This document shows positions 21,410 through 31,010 of a stretch of DNA of 64,000 nt, piece after piece; position 1 is the first letter of the stretch, and every line of letters starts with the position of its first letter. Source of the DNA: Nitrospirales bacterium (GTDB lineage Bacteria; Nitrospirota; Nitrospiria; Nitrospirales; UBA8639); assembly GCA_963422365.1 (NCBI GenBank), contig OY729426.1, positions 32,001 to 96,000 on the forward strand, given 5' to 3'. The notes beneath the pieces were generated by a model, which was given only the letters and a program-made list of their open reading frames with translations, was not told the origin of the DNA and made no database searches. A program made the position numbers and the translations under genes.

Positions 21410-22135
21410 GTGGCAACCAGGAGATCGCAAGGAACACCATCCAGGGTAAACCGTTCCCGTCGGAAGGGCCTCTTTATCACGTTCGAGGGAATCGAAGGAA
21501 GTGGAAAATCAACCCAATCCCATGCCATCACCCAATACCTTCAGTCCAAAGGATTTTGGGTGATTGAAACACGGGAACCCGGCGGCACCCCCGTGGCGGA
21601 ACACATTCGAGAGGTGTTTCTTCGCCCCACCCGCAAACTTCACTCGACAGATCCTCTCATTCCGGAATGCGAAGTGGCCTTGATTTTGGCAGCCAGAAGC
21701 CAACACGTGGCCAAGCGGCTTCTGCCGGCCCTACAGCAAGGGGCCATTGTCGTCTGCGATCGGTTTTCCGACTCAACATTGGCGTACCAGGGGTTCGGCA
21801 GAGGATTACCCGTACGCGAGCTTCAGACGCTCACTCGTTGGGCCGCACGGGGCTTGACGCCCGACGTGACCTTTTTGTTTGATCTGACTGTGTCCCAAGG
21901 GTTGAGACGACGATTACAAAGCAAAGACGTGAATCGGCTGGATCAGGAAACAGCGGCCTTTCATCAGCGCGTTCGGAAAGGATTTCTGAGCTTGGCCCAA
22001 CAATCGTTCCGACGCATTCATACCATTAACGCCGGCCGATCGGCCCACACGATTGCCCGGCAACTCATCACGTTGGTCGACCCCCTGATCGAAGAAGGTC
22101 TGAAGACGCGACGCCTTACGTTCAAGCGTTCGTAA
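21410..22135 (+). CDS. tmk: Thymidylate kinase
   Basis: FITFEGIEGSGKSTQ, TREPGGT, CDRFSDSTLAYQG. Confidence 0.96.
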   Translation: MATRRSQGTPSRVNRSRRKGLFITFEGIEGSGKSTQSHAITQYLQSKGFWVIETREPGGTPVAEHIREVFLRPTRKLHSTDPLIPECEVALILAARSQHVAKRLLPALQQGAIVVCDRFSDSTLAYQGFGRGLPVRELQTLTRWAARGLTPDVTFLFDLTVSQGLRRRLQSKDVNRLDQETAAFHQRVRKGFLSLAQQSFRRIHTINAGRSAHTIARQLITLVDPLIEEGLKTRRLTFKRS

Positions 22136-22152
22136 CACGTTCGACTGCCCCT

Positions 22153-23169
22153 ATGCCATTTGCAGACGTCATCGGTCAGGAAGGACCGAAAAGGAAAATT
22201 CGGACGGCGCTGGCTCAGCAGACCATCGGCCACGCCTACCTCTTTTCAGGAGATGAAGGAATCGGCAAACGCCTCATGGCCTTGAGGTTTGCCCAAGCCC
22301 TCTCCTGCGAAACGCCTTCGTCATCGTCTCAACCGGATTCCTGCGGTCAGTGTCGAGCCTGTCAGCAAATTGCCGCTGCCACCTATCCCGATGTATTGGG
22401 CATCCAACCCGAGCAGGAGAAAGCCAACCCACAAATCAAAATCGAACAGGTCCGCGAGATCGAACGCCACATGATGTACCGGCCGCTGTTGAGCGCACGT
22501 AAAATCTGCGTCATTGACGATGCCGATCGGCTCACCGCCAATGCCGCCAATGCGTTTTTGAAAACGCTCGAAGATCCTCCTGAACACAGCCTCTTTATTT
22601 TGGTGACCAGTCAGCCCTTACGGCTGTTGGCCACCGTGCGGTCTCGCTGTTTGACGCTACGGTTTTTGCCCGCGACTGCTGAGCAATTCGAAGGGGCTCT
22701 TGCCCTGAAACAGGCCCTGGCGACTGAGGACTCCCGATTTCTTTCTCAGCTTTGTGGAAACCGTATTGGTGTGGCCCTGCGCACGGACCTTTCCCAACTT
22801 CGTCGGCAGCACGACCAGTTTTTTCAATTATGCCGAGACCAGACCCTCGCCCCTCTCACGGCCATTCTCCAACAGGCCGAAGAACTCTCGAAAACCCAAC
22901 AATTCTCAGACGTGATCGACTGGCTCTCCCATGGACTTCGTGACGTCCTGCTGATGACCCTGGGGGCTGAGAAAGACCTCCTCTTACACCAGTCTCAACT
23001 CTCTTTGCTTCAACAAGTTGCCGAATCGCTGACCCCAACGGGGGTTGTCGATCTCCTGGACTTCTTGCAAACCCTGGAGCAGGCGCCCACACAAAATTTG
23101 AATCTCCAACTCTGCCTGGAAAATTTCCTGTTTCGCTTTCATCACGTGATCCACCGTGACGCCACCTGA
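22153..23169 (+). CDS. holB: DNA polymerase III subunit delta'
   Basis: HAYLFSG..GIGK, Zn motif CGQCRAC, AANAFLKTLEDPP, TVRSRC; follows tmk. Confidence 0.93.
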   Translation: MPFADVIGQEGPKRKIRTALAQQTIGHAYLFSGDEGIGKRLMALRFAQALSCETPSSSSQPDSCGQCRACQQIAAATYPDVLGIQPEQEKANPQIKIEQVREIERHMMYRPLLSARKICVIDDADRLTANAANAFLKTLEDPPEHSLFILVTSQPLRLLATVRSRCLTLRFLPATAEQFEGALALKQALATEDSRFLSQLCGNRIGVALRTDLSQLRRQHDQFFQLCRDQTLAPLTAILQQAEELSKTQQFSDVIDWLSHGLRDVLLMTLGAEKDLLLHQSQLSLLQQVAESLTPTGVVDLLDFLQTLEQAPTQNLNLQLCLENFLFRFHHVIHRDAT

Positions 23170-23256
23170 ACAAAATGATAAGTCTGAGAGCCGTGGGAAC
23201 ACGGCTCTGGGATAGAAACGTGCCGTATCGCACCGCTTCTCGTCATTCCCGCATGG

Positions 23257-23505
23257 GTTCACTCATTCGTTGACAGAATACGAGGCTGGCTCCCTTCTCT
23301 TTCTACTTGTAACGGCGCCATCTATCTCATGGCGCTCTTTCCGGGTAGGTTTATGACGCCTGTTCTGTTTGATTGTAACGACGAGACTCCTGTGCAGGGG
23401 CAAAGACCTTGCCTTATCACGCCTTTCTCTTTATTGTCGCCCTTTTCCGGTTCACATGAAGAAAGCGCCATAGGATGGCGCGACGACAAAGAAAAATGAC
23501 CGGTT
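23257..23505. repeat. Dispersed intergenic element, copy A (two inverted GCGCCAT/ATGGCGC hairpins)
   Basis: 23257-23280 matches 27555-27578 at 23/24 nt; hairpins at 23315-23335 and 23465-23481; ends in aatgaccggtt like copy B. Confidence 0.65.
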
Positions 23506-23557
23506 TTATTTGAGTGTAGCGGTGCGATCTCCTCGCGGCTCAGAACATTGAATCAAC

Positions 23558-25501
23558 ATGCTTACCCCTTTCTATATCACCACCCCCATTTATTACGTGA
23601 ACGATGTTCCACACGTCGGCCATGCGTATACCACTATAGCGGCAGATGTTCTTGCACGATGGCATCGCCTGCTTGGGCAAGAGGTCTTTTTTCTGACCGG
23701 CCTCGATGAACACGGCCAAAAAGTCCAGCAGGCCGCGGCAAAAGCCGGGATTGCTCCGCAAGATCATTGCAATCGATTAACGACACAATTTCGAAACCTT
23801 TGGCAGAGACTCACGGTTTCCAACGATGGATTCATTCGCACGACCGACACCGCGCATCAAGTCATTGTCCAACGATTTTTGCAAAAATTGTATGACACGC
23901 AACTGATTTATCGTGCGGAATATACCGGCTGGTATTGCACATTCGATGAACGGTTTTGGACGGAGAAGGATGTCGAGAATGGGGTCTGCCCGGACTGTCA
24001 ACGGCCGGTTGAGCAACTCAGCGAAAGCAATTACTTCTTTCGCATGAGCCAATTTCAACAACGACTGCTGGATCATCTTGATGCCAATCCGACCTTCATT
24101 CGTCCGGAGTCCCGTCGCAACGAAGTGCTAGGGTTTTTACAAAAACCACTGGAAGATCTTTCGATTTCCCGTCCCAAATCCCGCTTGTCGTGGGGCATTG
24201 ACCTGCCCTTTGATCGTGACTATGTGACCTATGTGTGGTTCGACGCGCTGGTGAATTACATCTCGGGGCTGGAATACCTGCCTCCCCAGCCATCGGTTGA
24301 TCGTATTTGGCCGGCAACCGTTCATCTGGTCGGCAAAGATATTCTGACGACCCATGCGGTGTATTGGTCGACCATGCTGATGGCGTTGGAGATTCCTTTA
24401 CCTCACACCATTTTTGCGCATGGGTGGTGGACGGTGGATGGAGAAAAAATGTCCAAAAGTCGGGCCAACGTGCTTGACCCGTATGCCATGATCGACCAAT
24501 TTGGCACGGATGCATTTCGCTACTTTCTTCTCCGCGAAGTTCCCTTTGGCCAGGATGGGGATTTTACCCGTGAATCATTCATCGGACGTATCAATAGCGA
24601 CCTGGCCAATGGCCTAGGCAATTTACTCAGCCGGACAGTCACACTTATTCAGCGATTTTCAGACGGAAAAGTTCCTGAGCCCGTTGCGATAGCGTCAACT
24701 GAGCTAGACACAGAACTTCAATCCACGGCGAAAGCGTTGCTTCACGATCACCTTCCCAAGCACTTGAGTTCAGATCGAATAGAATTCAATCGTGCGCTCG
24801 AAGCTATTTGGGGATTCGTTCAACTCGGCAATCAATACATCGACAAAACCGCCCCTTGGTTTCTGGCCAAAAACCCCGCACACTCGGAACGACTCCATAC
24901 TGTGCTCTTTCATGCTGCAGAAACCCTCCGATTTCTCTGCCTGGCCACGTACCCCTTTATGCCGAATACGGCACACGAAATGGTTCGACAACTGGGGTTG
25001 CCCTATGATTTTTCCCAAGCGCTCCTTCAAAACCCAATCGCCTGGGCCGACGAGGGATCAGGAACCACCGTGGTCAAAGGCAAAGCCTTATTCCCGAGGA
25101 TCGACGCGTCCGTCGCGCAATCCGCTGCAAAGCCTCACCCTGAGGCATCCGATTCTTCCTCGAAAGATGAAGGCAACCTGATCAGCATACAAGACTTTCA
25201 AAAAGTTGAGTTGAAAGTCGCACAAATCCTCACGGCCGAACGCATACCCAAATCAAGCAAACTCCTGAAACTCCAAGTCGACCTTGGCACCGAACAAAGA
25301 CAGATCGTCGCGGGAATCGGGAAAAAATACAGCCCGGAGGACATTACTGGAAAGACCATTGTGGTCGTGGCGAATTTACAGCCGGCGAAACTGATGGGCG
25401 TGGAATCTCAAGGAATGGTCTTAGCAGCGGGGGATCGAGACGTTCAAGGGTTAGTCACGTTGGAGGATAGTGACATTCCTTCAGGCACGACGGTTCAATA
25501 A
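23558..25501 (+). CDS. metG: Methionine--tRNA ligase with C-terminal tRNA-binding domain
   Basis: YITTPIYYVND.PHVGH, YVWFDAL, KMSKS, C-terminal OB fold (NLQPAKLMGVESQGM). Confidence 0.97.
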   Translation: MLTPFYITTPIYYVNDVPHVGHAYTTIAADVLARWHRLLGQEVFFLTGLDEHGQKVQQAAAKAGIAPQDHCNRLTTQFRNLWQRLTVSNDGFIRTTDTAHQVIVQRFLQKLYDTQLIYRAEYTGWYCTFDERFWTEKDVENGVCPDCQRPVEQLSESNYFFRMSQFQQRLLDHLDANPTFIRPESRRNEVLGFLQKPLEDLSISRPKSRLSWGIDLPFDRDYVTYVWFDALVNYISGLEYLPPQPSVDRIWPATVHLVGKDILTTHAVYWSTMLMALEIPLPHTIFAHGWWTVDGEKMSKSRANVLDPYAMIDQFGTDAFRYFLLREVPFGQDGDFTRESFIGRINSDLANGLGNLLSRTVTLIQRFSDGKVPEPVAIASTELDTELQSTAKALLHDHLPKHLSSDRIEFNRALEAIWGFVQLGNQYIDKTAPWFLAKNPAHSERLHTVLFHAAETLRFLCLATYPFMPNTAHEMVRQLGLPYDFSQALLQNPIAWADEGSGTTVVKGKALFPRIDASVAQSAAKPHPEASDSSSKDEGNLISIQDFQKVELKVAQILTAERIPKSSKLLKLQVDLGTEQRQIVAGIGKKYSPEDITGKTIVVVANLQPAKLMGVESQGMVLAAGDRDVQGLVTLEDSDIPSGTTVQ

Positions 25502-25541
25502 TCATCAAACCGTCGACGCTCCAAGAGGAAACAATTCTATC

Positions 25542-25640
25542 ATGAAGAGCTCGAAAGGATTTCCTGTTTGGTTGACCAGCTTGCCAAGCACAGGGAAAAG
25601 CACGCTCGCCAAACTTCCAGAGACCAATCTCAGCGCAACT
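25542..25640 (+). pseudogene. N-terminal remnant of adenylyl-sulfate kinase (cysC-like)
   Basis: MKSSKGFPVWLTSLPSTGKSTLAK resembles the CysC start (KGFTxWxTGLxGxGKSTxA), with P-loop glycines lost and no continuation. Confidence 0.55.
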
Positions 25641-25678
25641 ACAGGAGTCCCTGCAGGTATTGTCTTGGACTCCTGTCC

Positions 25679-26644
25679 CTACAGGCCGCGGGCTACGAGG
25701 TCGTGGAGGTGAACTATCCCGACGACTTCTTTTTGACGATTCAAGACCGGCAACACTGAAATCGGTTTCGCTCGTTTTTCCATTTTTTCCAAGGCCGAGT
25801 ACGCATTTTCATCCTCAAGCACACACTCCGGAGTCGCATTCATGATTTCCTGAATCGTCAACCCGAACAAGTCTTTTTGTGTCTCCAACACTCGACGAAT
25901 ATCATAATCCGTCACCAAGCCCAGCAACCGTTGTTCATCATCAATGATAGAGACGGCTCCTGCCCGTTGTCGTGTCATCTCCATCAACATGAACCGCACG
26001 TCTCTTGCTCCATGCACGACCGGATTGGCCTCACCGGATCGCATGAGATCACCAACCGTCAGCAGCAACCGCTTCCCCAGTTGTCCTCCAGGATGATTGA
26101 TGGCAAAATCATCGGGTTGAAAATTGCGTAATTTCATGAGCGCCATGGCCAAGGCGTCGCCAACGACTAACGCCGCCGTCGTGCTGCACGTCGGTGCCAT
26201 ATTGAGCGGACACGCTTCTTCCTCTATCGGCGTATGCAGGATCAAATCGGAATGCCGGGCCATAGTCGAATTCGGTTGGGCGGTCATCGAAATGACCTTG
26301 GCGCCGACTTTTCTGGCGACGGGGAGAATCCCGAGTACTTCATCACTCTCACCCGATTTCCCGATGGCCAGCACAATGTCTTCTTTCTTGATGATCCCGA
26401 CGTCGCCGTGCATCCCATCGGCACTGTGCAGGAACAATGCCGGCGTGCCCGTCGAGACCATCGTTGCCGCAATTTTCTGCGCAATGATGCCGGATTTTCC
26501 AATACCCGTGACCACGACTTTCCCTTGACAGTCGAATATCCATCGCACGGCCTCTTCGTACGTCACGCCCAAGGTCGGCTTGAGCGCATTGATCATCCGG
26601 CCTTCCAGATCAATCACTCGCTGAATTTCAGCTAGGATGTCCAT
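25679..26644 (-). CDS. kdsD: Arabinose-5-phosphate isomerase, KpsF/GutQ family
   Basis: VTGIGKSG, HGDVG, EACPLNMAPTCST, HPGGQLG, two CBS domains. Confidence 0.95.
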   Translation of the reverse strand: MDILAEIQRVIDLEGRMINALKPTLGVTYEEAVRWIFDCQGKVVVTGIGKSGIIAQKIAATMVSTGTPALFLHSADGMHGDVGIIKKEDIVLAIGKSGESDEVLGILPVARKVGAKVISMTAQPNSTMARHSDLILHTPIEEEACPLNMAPTCSTTAALVVGDALAMALMKLRNFQPDDFAINHPGGQLGKRLLLTVGDLMRSGEANPVVHGARDVRFMLMEMTRQRAGAVSIIDDEQRLLGLVTDYDIRRVLETQKDLFGLTIQEIMNATPECVLEDENAYSALEKMEKRAKPISVLPVLNRQKEVVGIVHLHDLVARGL

Positions 26645-26818
26645 GAGATCTCTCGAAGGAAAGAATGATTGAAATTGTGCCTTCTCGATGGGGAACAGGA
26701 AAGTACTTTAAGCAGAGTCACTGAGTCAGAGTCAACGTTGCTTAGGCTGTTAAGACTAAGTTTTTATACGTTTTGTCCGATTCGGCTGATCTTGACGCCT
26801 GGAGGACAATCATCCACC

Positions 26819-27571
26819 ATGCCGTCGAACATGCGGAACACCAACAGACCCTCTCGTTCCCTCCGGGAACAAACTCAACACGTGCTCAGAGAAGTATTTT
26901 CCAAGCTGGACTATGCCGCTCTTGGCGCAATTTATTGCGAGGAAGGCGGCGAGGCATTCTGGAACGCACACCGGAAACAATGCCAAACGATGGGGATCAA
27001 GATCGCCGAGGCGCTCAAACAGCAACTCTCCCCACGCGGAAGAAGCCTCTACGTGGGCACGGGGGTGGCCGAAATTCCCATGCTGGTGATGGAAGCCCTT
27101 GAAATGAATCGGACCGTCGAAGCCTGTACCCTCCGAGAACAAGAAGTGAATATTCTCAATCAAGCGTGCCATGCCCTGCCCTTCACCATTCAAGCGACCG
27201 ATGCTCAAACGATCCAGGGCACGTTTAACCACCTTTGGATGGCCAGTGTGCTCAATGATCCTGAATGTTTTCCGGAAACCTCGGCGTTCTCGTATGGGCG
27301 AACGGATCCTGTGCGATTCGACCCCTCGGCGTTTCAACGAGAAAAAACACACATCCAGGGTCTCTTGGATGCGTGTTTACCCAAACTCTTACGTCCTGGG
27401 CTTCTCTCAACCTCGGTAGAAGAAGTCACGTGGATGACCGATTGGCTCACCCGTCATCAGATCCCGTTTGACGTCGAAGCAAAACTCTATCCTACGGCTA
27501 TCGTTGGCGATCCTCTTTGCTTCATCCACATCGAGCCATCCCAACAACGTCTGTGTTCACTCGTTCGTTGA
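26819..27571 (+). CDS. Hypothetical protein, possible class I SAM-dependent methyltransferase fold
   Basis: Long ORF with GGAGG upstream of ATG 26819; 'SLYVGTGVAE' resembles motif I and 'LLRPG' occurs later. Confidence 0.6.
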   Translation: MPSNMRNTNRPSRSLREQTQHVLREVFSKLDYAALGAIYCEEGGEAFWNAHRKQCQTMGIKIAEALKQQLSPRGRSLYVGTGVAEIPMLVMEALEMNRTVEACTLREQEVNILNQACHALPFTIQATDAQTIQGTFNHLWMASVLNDPECFPETSAFSYGRTDPVRFDPSAFQREKTHIQGLLDACLPKLLRPGLLSTSVEEVTWMTDWLTRHQIPFDVEAKLYPTAIVGDPLCFIHIEPSQQRLCSLVR

Positions 27572-27702
27572 CAGAATAAGGGGCGGTCTACCTTCTCTTT
27601 TTGTTGTAGCGGCGACATCTCATGCGCTTTCCGTTGGCGGCATACGATGCGGCCCTGCACATGGACTAGACTCCCGATGACAAACATCGGGAATGACCGG
27701 TT
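27555..27702. repeat. Dispersed intergenic element, copy B
   Basis: Shares the 5' 24-mer and 3' aatgaccggtt with copy A and a middle segment with copy C; extra hairpin tcccgatg/catcggga at 27672-27692. Confidence 0.65.
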
Positions 27703-27755
27703 CAAGGTTTCGTTAACTATTTTCATACCAATGCCAGCAGGCCTTCCCGCCTTTC

Positions 27756-28394
27756 TCAAGGGTTTTGGCGAACGCCCGGCATAGAGGCACGTTGTGCGGC
27801 AAACACCGAATGAACCTGCCGTCCTTGCTTGAGAAGCTGATCCTTCGTTTTTGTAAAAATCTGCTCAACGAGTTTCCAATCCGTCGTTGTGACGTTATAG
27901 CCGTGAAACACCTCTGCCAAAGGCGGTTCCACGGCCATCGACCGTTGTACGGAATAGTCTACTAGCGCTTCAAGCGTCTCTGAGGTCCAACCCGTCGAGG
28001 GAAAAGCCTTCGTCAACACAGCCACCTTCTTTGCGTCGAATTTCTCAGACAATGCGGATGAGAAAAATTCCTGCACGGCGGGATGAGGACTTGTGAGAAA
28101 CACTGACTGAGACTGGATCAGGGCATGGATGAGTTGATTGGCTTCAGGACTGGACTCCGGCGGCAACACACCAGCCTCATGAAAGGTGGCCAAGATCGCC
28201 ATGACCGATACAATATGAGAAGCTGGCGTCCGTCCGGACTGAATCGGGTGAGTTTCCCAGGCCGCAGGAGACATGTCCTGGGCCTTGACCGGAGATGCGG
28301 CCCTGCACGGTAAACAAGAAAGCAGCAAAATGATGGGGCACAGCCAAACAAGTCTTTGAGGTTTTTGGGGTCGATTATTTTTTCGAGTTGTCAT
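27756..28394 (-). CDS. Hypothetical exported, mostly helical protein
   Basis: GAGAGG upstream of ATG 28394; basic N-terminus plus hydrophobic signal-like segment. Confidence 0.65.
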   Translation of the reverse strand: MTTRKNNRPQKPQRLVWLCPIILLLSCLPCRAASPVKAQDMSPAAWETHPIQSGRTPASHIVSVMAILATFHEAGVLPPESSPEANQLIHALIQSQSVFLTSPHPAVQEFFSSALSEKFDAKKVAVLTKAFPSTGWTSETLEALVDYSVQRSMAVEPPLAEVFHGYNVTTTDWKLVEQIFTKTKDQLLKQGRQVHSVFAAQRASMPGVRQNP

Positions 28395-28506
28395 CACGGA
28401 CCTCTCAAACGCGTTGAAATAAACCGCTGCGTTGAAAACCCTCAAAACCCACCACTATAATCGCCGTACGCTCAACCTTTTGTTCAACCACCCCCACGAG
28501 GCATCC

Positions 28507-30033
28507 GTGCTCGCAAAAGTCTTTAGTGCCGGACTGCTCGGATTAGACGCCCATTTGATTGAGGTCGAAGTTGATATCGGTGGCGGTCTTCCTCAATTTT
28601 CCATCGTCGGCCTGCCTGATGCAACCGTACGGGAAAGCCGGGACCGAATCCGAGCGGCCCTTAAAAATACCGGGTTTTCCTTTCCCCCCAAAAAAATCAC
28701 GGTCAACCTAGCTCCCGCCGGCTTGAAAAAAGAGGGGGCAGGGCTCGAATTGAGCATGGCAATCGGCATATTGGTCGCCGAAGGCATCATTGCCCAAGAA
28801 ACGGCTCAGCCCTATGTGTTGGTGGGTGAACTGTCCTTGGATGGCCGAATCAAGCCTATCAGAGGGGGATTATCCATCGGTATGTTATGTCAAAACCAAC
28901 ATCCTTTAATGCTTCCGGCCGAGAATGCTCGTGAGGCTGCGGTTATTGACCATGTCGAAGTGTATGGTGTCCATACGCTTCCCGAAGTCGTGGAAGCCTT
29001 AAATGGAAAGCAGCCTCTGGCACCTGTGACTCTAGACCCTCAATCGTTTTTCCACGCATCCACGAAGCTCGAAGACGATTTCGCAGAAGTTCGTGGCCAG
29101 TTTCACGCCAAACGCGCGTTAGAAATCGCCGCAGCCGGCGGACACAACGTCCTTCTGATCGGACCACCCGGGTCAGGGAAGACCATGTTGGCCCAACGTC
29201 TTCCTGGAATCTTGCCTCACCTCAGCGTGCAAGAAGCCCTGGAAACCACCCGGGTCCATAGTGTGGCGGGCACCCTGCCAAAAGACCAATCGCTCATGAC
29301 GACCAGACCCTTTCGAGCCCCACATCATAATATCTCGGAAGCTGGCCTCATCGGAGGCGGCACCATTCCTAAACCCGGCGAAGTGTCGTTAGCGCATAAC
29401 GGCGTGTTATTTCTGGACGAACTTTTGGAATTTACGCGATCGGTCCTGGATGGATTACGACAACCGCTTGAAGAGGGCACCGTGACGGTCACACGGGTCA
29501 ATGCGTCGCTTCAATATCCGGCGCGATTCATGTTGGTCGTCGCCATGAACCCTTGCCCGTGCGGGCATTATGGTGACCGAACACGGGAATGTATCTGTAG
29601 CCCTCAGCAAATCCGACGGTATCGGGGTCGGCTTTCAGGCCCACTCCGCGATCGGCTCGACATTCACATGGAAGTCCCTGCGGTTCCTGTTTCGGACCTG
29701 GGGCACAATCAATTGGCTGAACGTTCAGCCTCCATTCAGAAACGCGTGGCCGATGCCCGTCATATCCAGACCAATCGGTATAAACCCGATCAGCTGTTTG
29801 CCAATGCCCAACTCAAACCCAGACATATGCGAACCTATTGTCGGATCGACCAAACCAGCAAGAACCTGTTGGATGAATCCGTTATACAATTAGGTCTCTC
29901 GGCAAGAGCCTATGGGCGAATACTTCGTGTTGCACGAACGATTGCAGATTTGGCAGACTCAGAGGCTATCGAATCGTCGCATCTCGCCGAGGCCATCCAA
30001 TATCGGAACTTGGACCGGACGCCCATTTTCTAG
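28507..30033 (+). CDS. comM: YifB/ComM family Mg-chelatase-like AAA+ ATPase
   Basis: IVGLPDATVRESRDR, NLAPA, GPPGSGKTMLA, PGEVSLAHNGVLFLDE, MNPCPCG; GTG start at 28507. Confidence 0.95.
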   Translation: MLAKVFSAGLLGLDAHLIEVEVDIGGGLPQFSIVGLPDATVRESRDRIRAALKNTGFSFPPKKITVNLAPAGLKKEGAGLELSMAIGILVAEGIIAQETAQPYVLVGELSLDGRIKPIRGGLSIGMLCQNQHPLMLPAENAREAAVIDHVEVYGVHTLPEVVEALNGKQPLAPVTLDPQSFFHASTKLEDDFAEVRGQFHAKRALEIAAAGGHNVLLIGPPGSGKTMLAQRLPGILPHLSVQEALETTRVHSVAGTLPKDQSLMTTRPFRAPHHNISEAGLIGGGTIPKPGEVSLAHNGVLFLDELLEFTRSVLDGLRQPLEEGTVTVTRVNASLQYPARFMLVVAMNPCPCGHYGDRTRECICSPQQIRRYRGRLSGPLRDRLDIHMEVPAVPVSDLGHNQLAERSASIQKRVADARHIQTNRYKPDQLFANAQLKPRHMRTYCRIDQTSKNLLDESVIQLGLSARAYGRILRVARTIADLADSEAIESSHLAEAIQYRNLDRTPIF

Positions 30034-30045
30034 CAAGGACTTGAA

Positions 30046-30264
30046 ATGAGGTCATTACGAATTTTCGGCTGGTGGTTCATGCTGGGTTCCCTTATGTCTC
30101 TCGCCGTGATCCTTATCCAAGGAGGGATTCGGGACATCATGCTGGCCGATGCCTCAATCTGGGATAGCACCATGATTGAATTGCTGACCCCTGTCCTTGG
30201 GGGTGGGATTCTAGGCGGATGTATTGCCCTGATTCTCAATCGTCTTCGACAACCCGATCAATAA
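30046..30264 (+). CDS. Small two-TM membrane protein, unknown function
   Basis: AAGGA RBS; two hydrophobic helices; directly follows comM. Confidence 0.65.
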   Translation: MRSLRIFGWWFMLGSLMSLAVILIQGGIRDIMLADASIWDSTMIELLTPVLGGGILGGCIALILNRLRQPDQ

Positions 30265-30289
30265 TCAACCACAAAAGTTAGAATAAGAC

Positions 30290-30715
30290 ATGGACATTCA
30301 AATTGGACCTCATCTGTACCGCAACAGCAACGGAATGATTGAAATCGAAGGTGTTCTGCAGATCGAAATTGAGCCGCGCGCCTCAGGCGGATTCCCAAAA
30401 GTCCATTTTGCTCTGTTTGATATGACGGGTAAAATGCCGGCAAAACTTACCAATAGCACGTTGACGATTAATGAAGGCCGAGCCTATTGCCTGGAAAAAA
30501 GCCCCACGAGTTTGGTGATGCGGCATCAAGAGAGCGGGACGGAAATCTTTCACATGGCCCTTCAGGAGCATGGCCGGCTTGTGATCTCAAACGGCGAGTT
30601 TTATACCTTGAAAGGACACACCATCACGATTACTCCCTCGGAATGGACCCTCGAAAAAACCACGATGAGGGACGGTGAAACCGACCTCGAAGGAAAAGCT
30701 GTTCCTTTGGAATAG
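30290..30715 (+). CDS. Hypothetical all-beta protein (141 aa)
   Basis: Co-directional ORF filling the gap; beta-strand-like composition. Confidence 0.65.
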   Translation: MDIQIGPHLYRNSNGMIEIEGVLQIEIEPRASGGFPKVHFALFDMTGKMPAKLTNSTLTINEGRAYCLEKSPTSLVMRHQESGTEIFHMALQEHGRLVISNGEFYTLKGHTITITPSEWTLEKTTMRDGETDLEGKAVPLE

Positions 30716-30746
30716 CGTGCCGTATCGCGGGCAATCGTACGGCTAC

Positions 30747-30953
30747 TCAAATCTCCGCAACAGGAGCCCTTTTCGACCCATCACAGTTCACACACATTTG
30801 ACCATGAATCGCTTCACTGGCTATAGCCGGCCCCAGGGCAAATTTCTGGTCCAAGGCGACGACATCCGCGCCTTGATACGTCCAGAGCCGCTTACAGCCA
30901 GGACAAACAAACCAAAGCGTATACCCTGGCCAATCTCGGTCACGTGTTCCCAT
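30747..30953 (-). CDS. Small CxxC...CxxC zinc-ribbon-like protein (true start may be 30975 across a 1-nt indel)
   Basis: CPGC and CVNC pairs; last gene of the minus-strand purH run. Confidence 0.6.
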   Translation of the reverse strand: MGTRDRDWPGYTLWFVCPGCKRLWTYQGADVVALDQKFALGPAIASEAIHGQMCVNCDGSKRAPVAEI

Positions 30954-31010
30954 AACAACTTTTCTGAAGAGCCATGAAATTTTTCTCCTCAGGACACAGT
31001 GAAAATGACG

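Noticed and set aside
23290..23450. ~64-nt periodicity as a degenerate CRISPR array
   Set aside because: Only three poorly matching units and no cas genes; better explained as part of the dispersed element.
23170..23557. T-box or SAM riboswitch upstream of metG
   Set aside because: No T-box GGTGGTACCGCG-type motif and no SAM-I core found.
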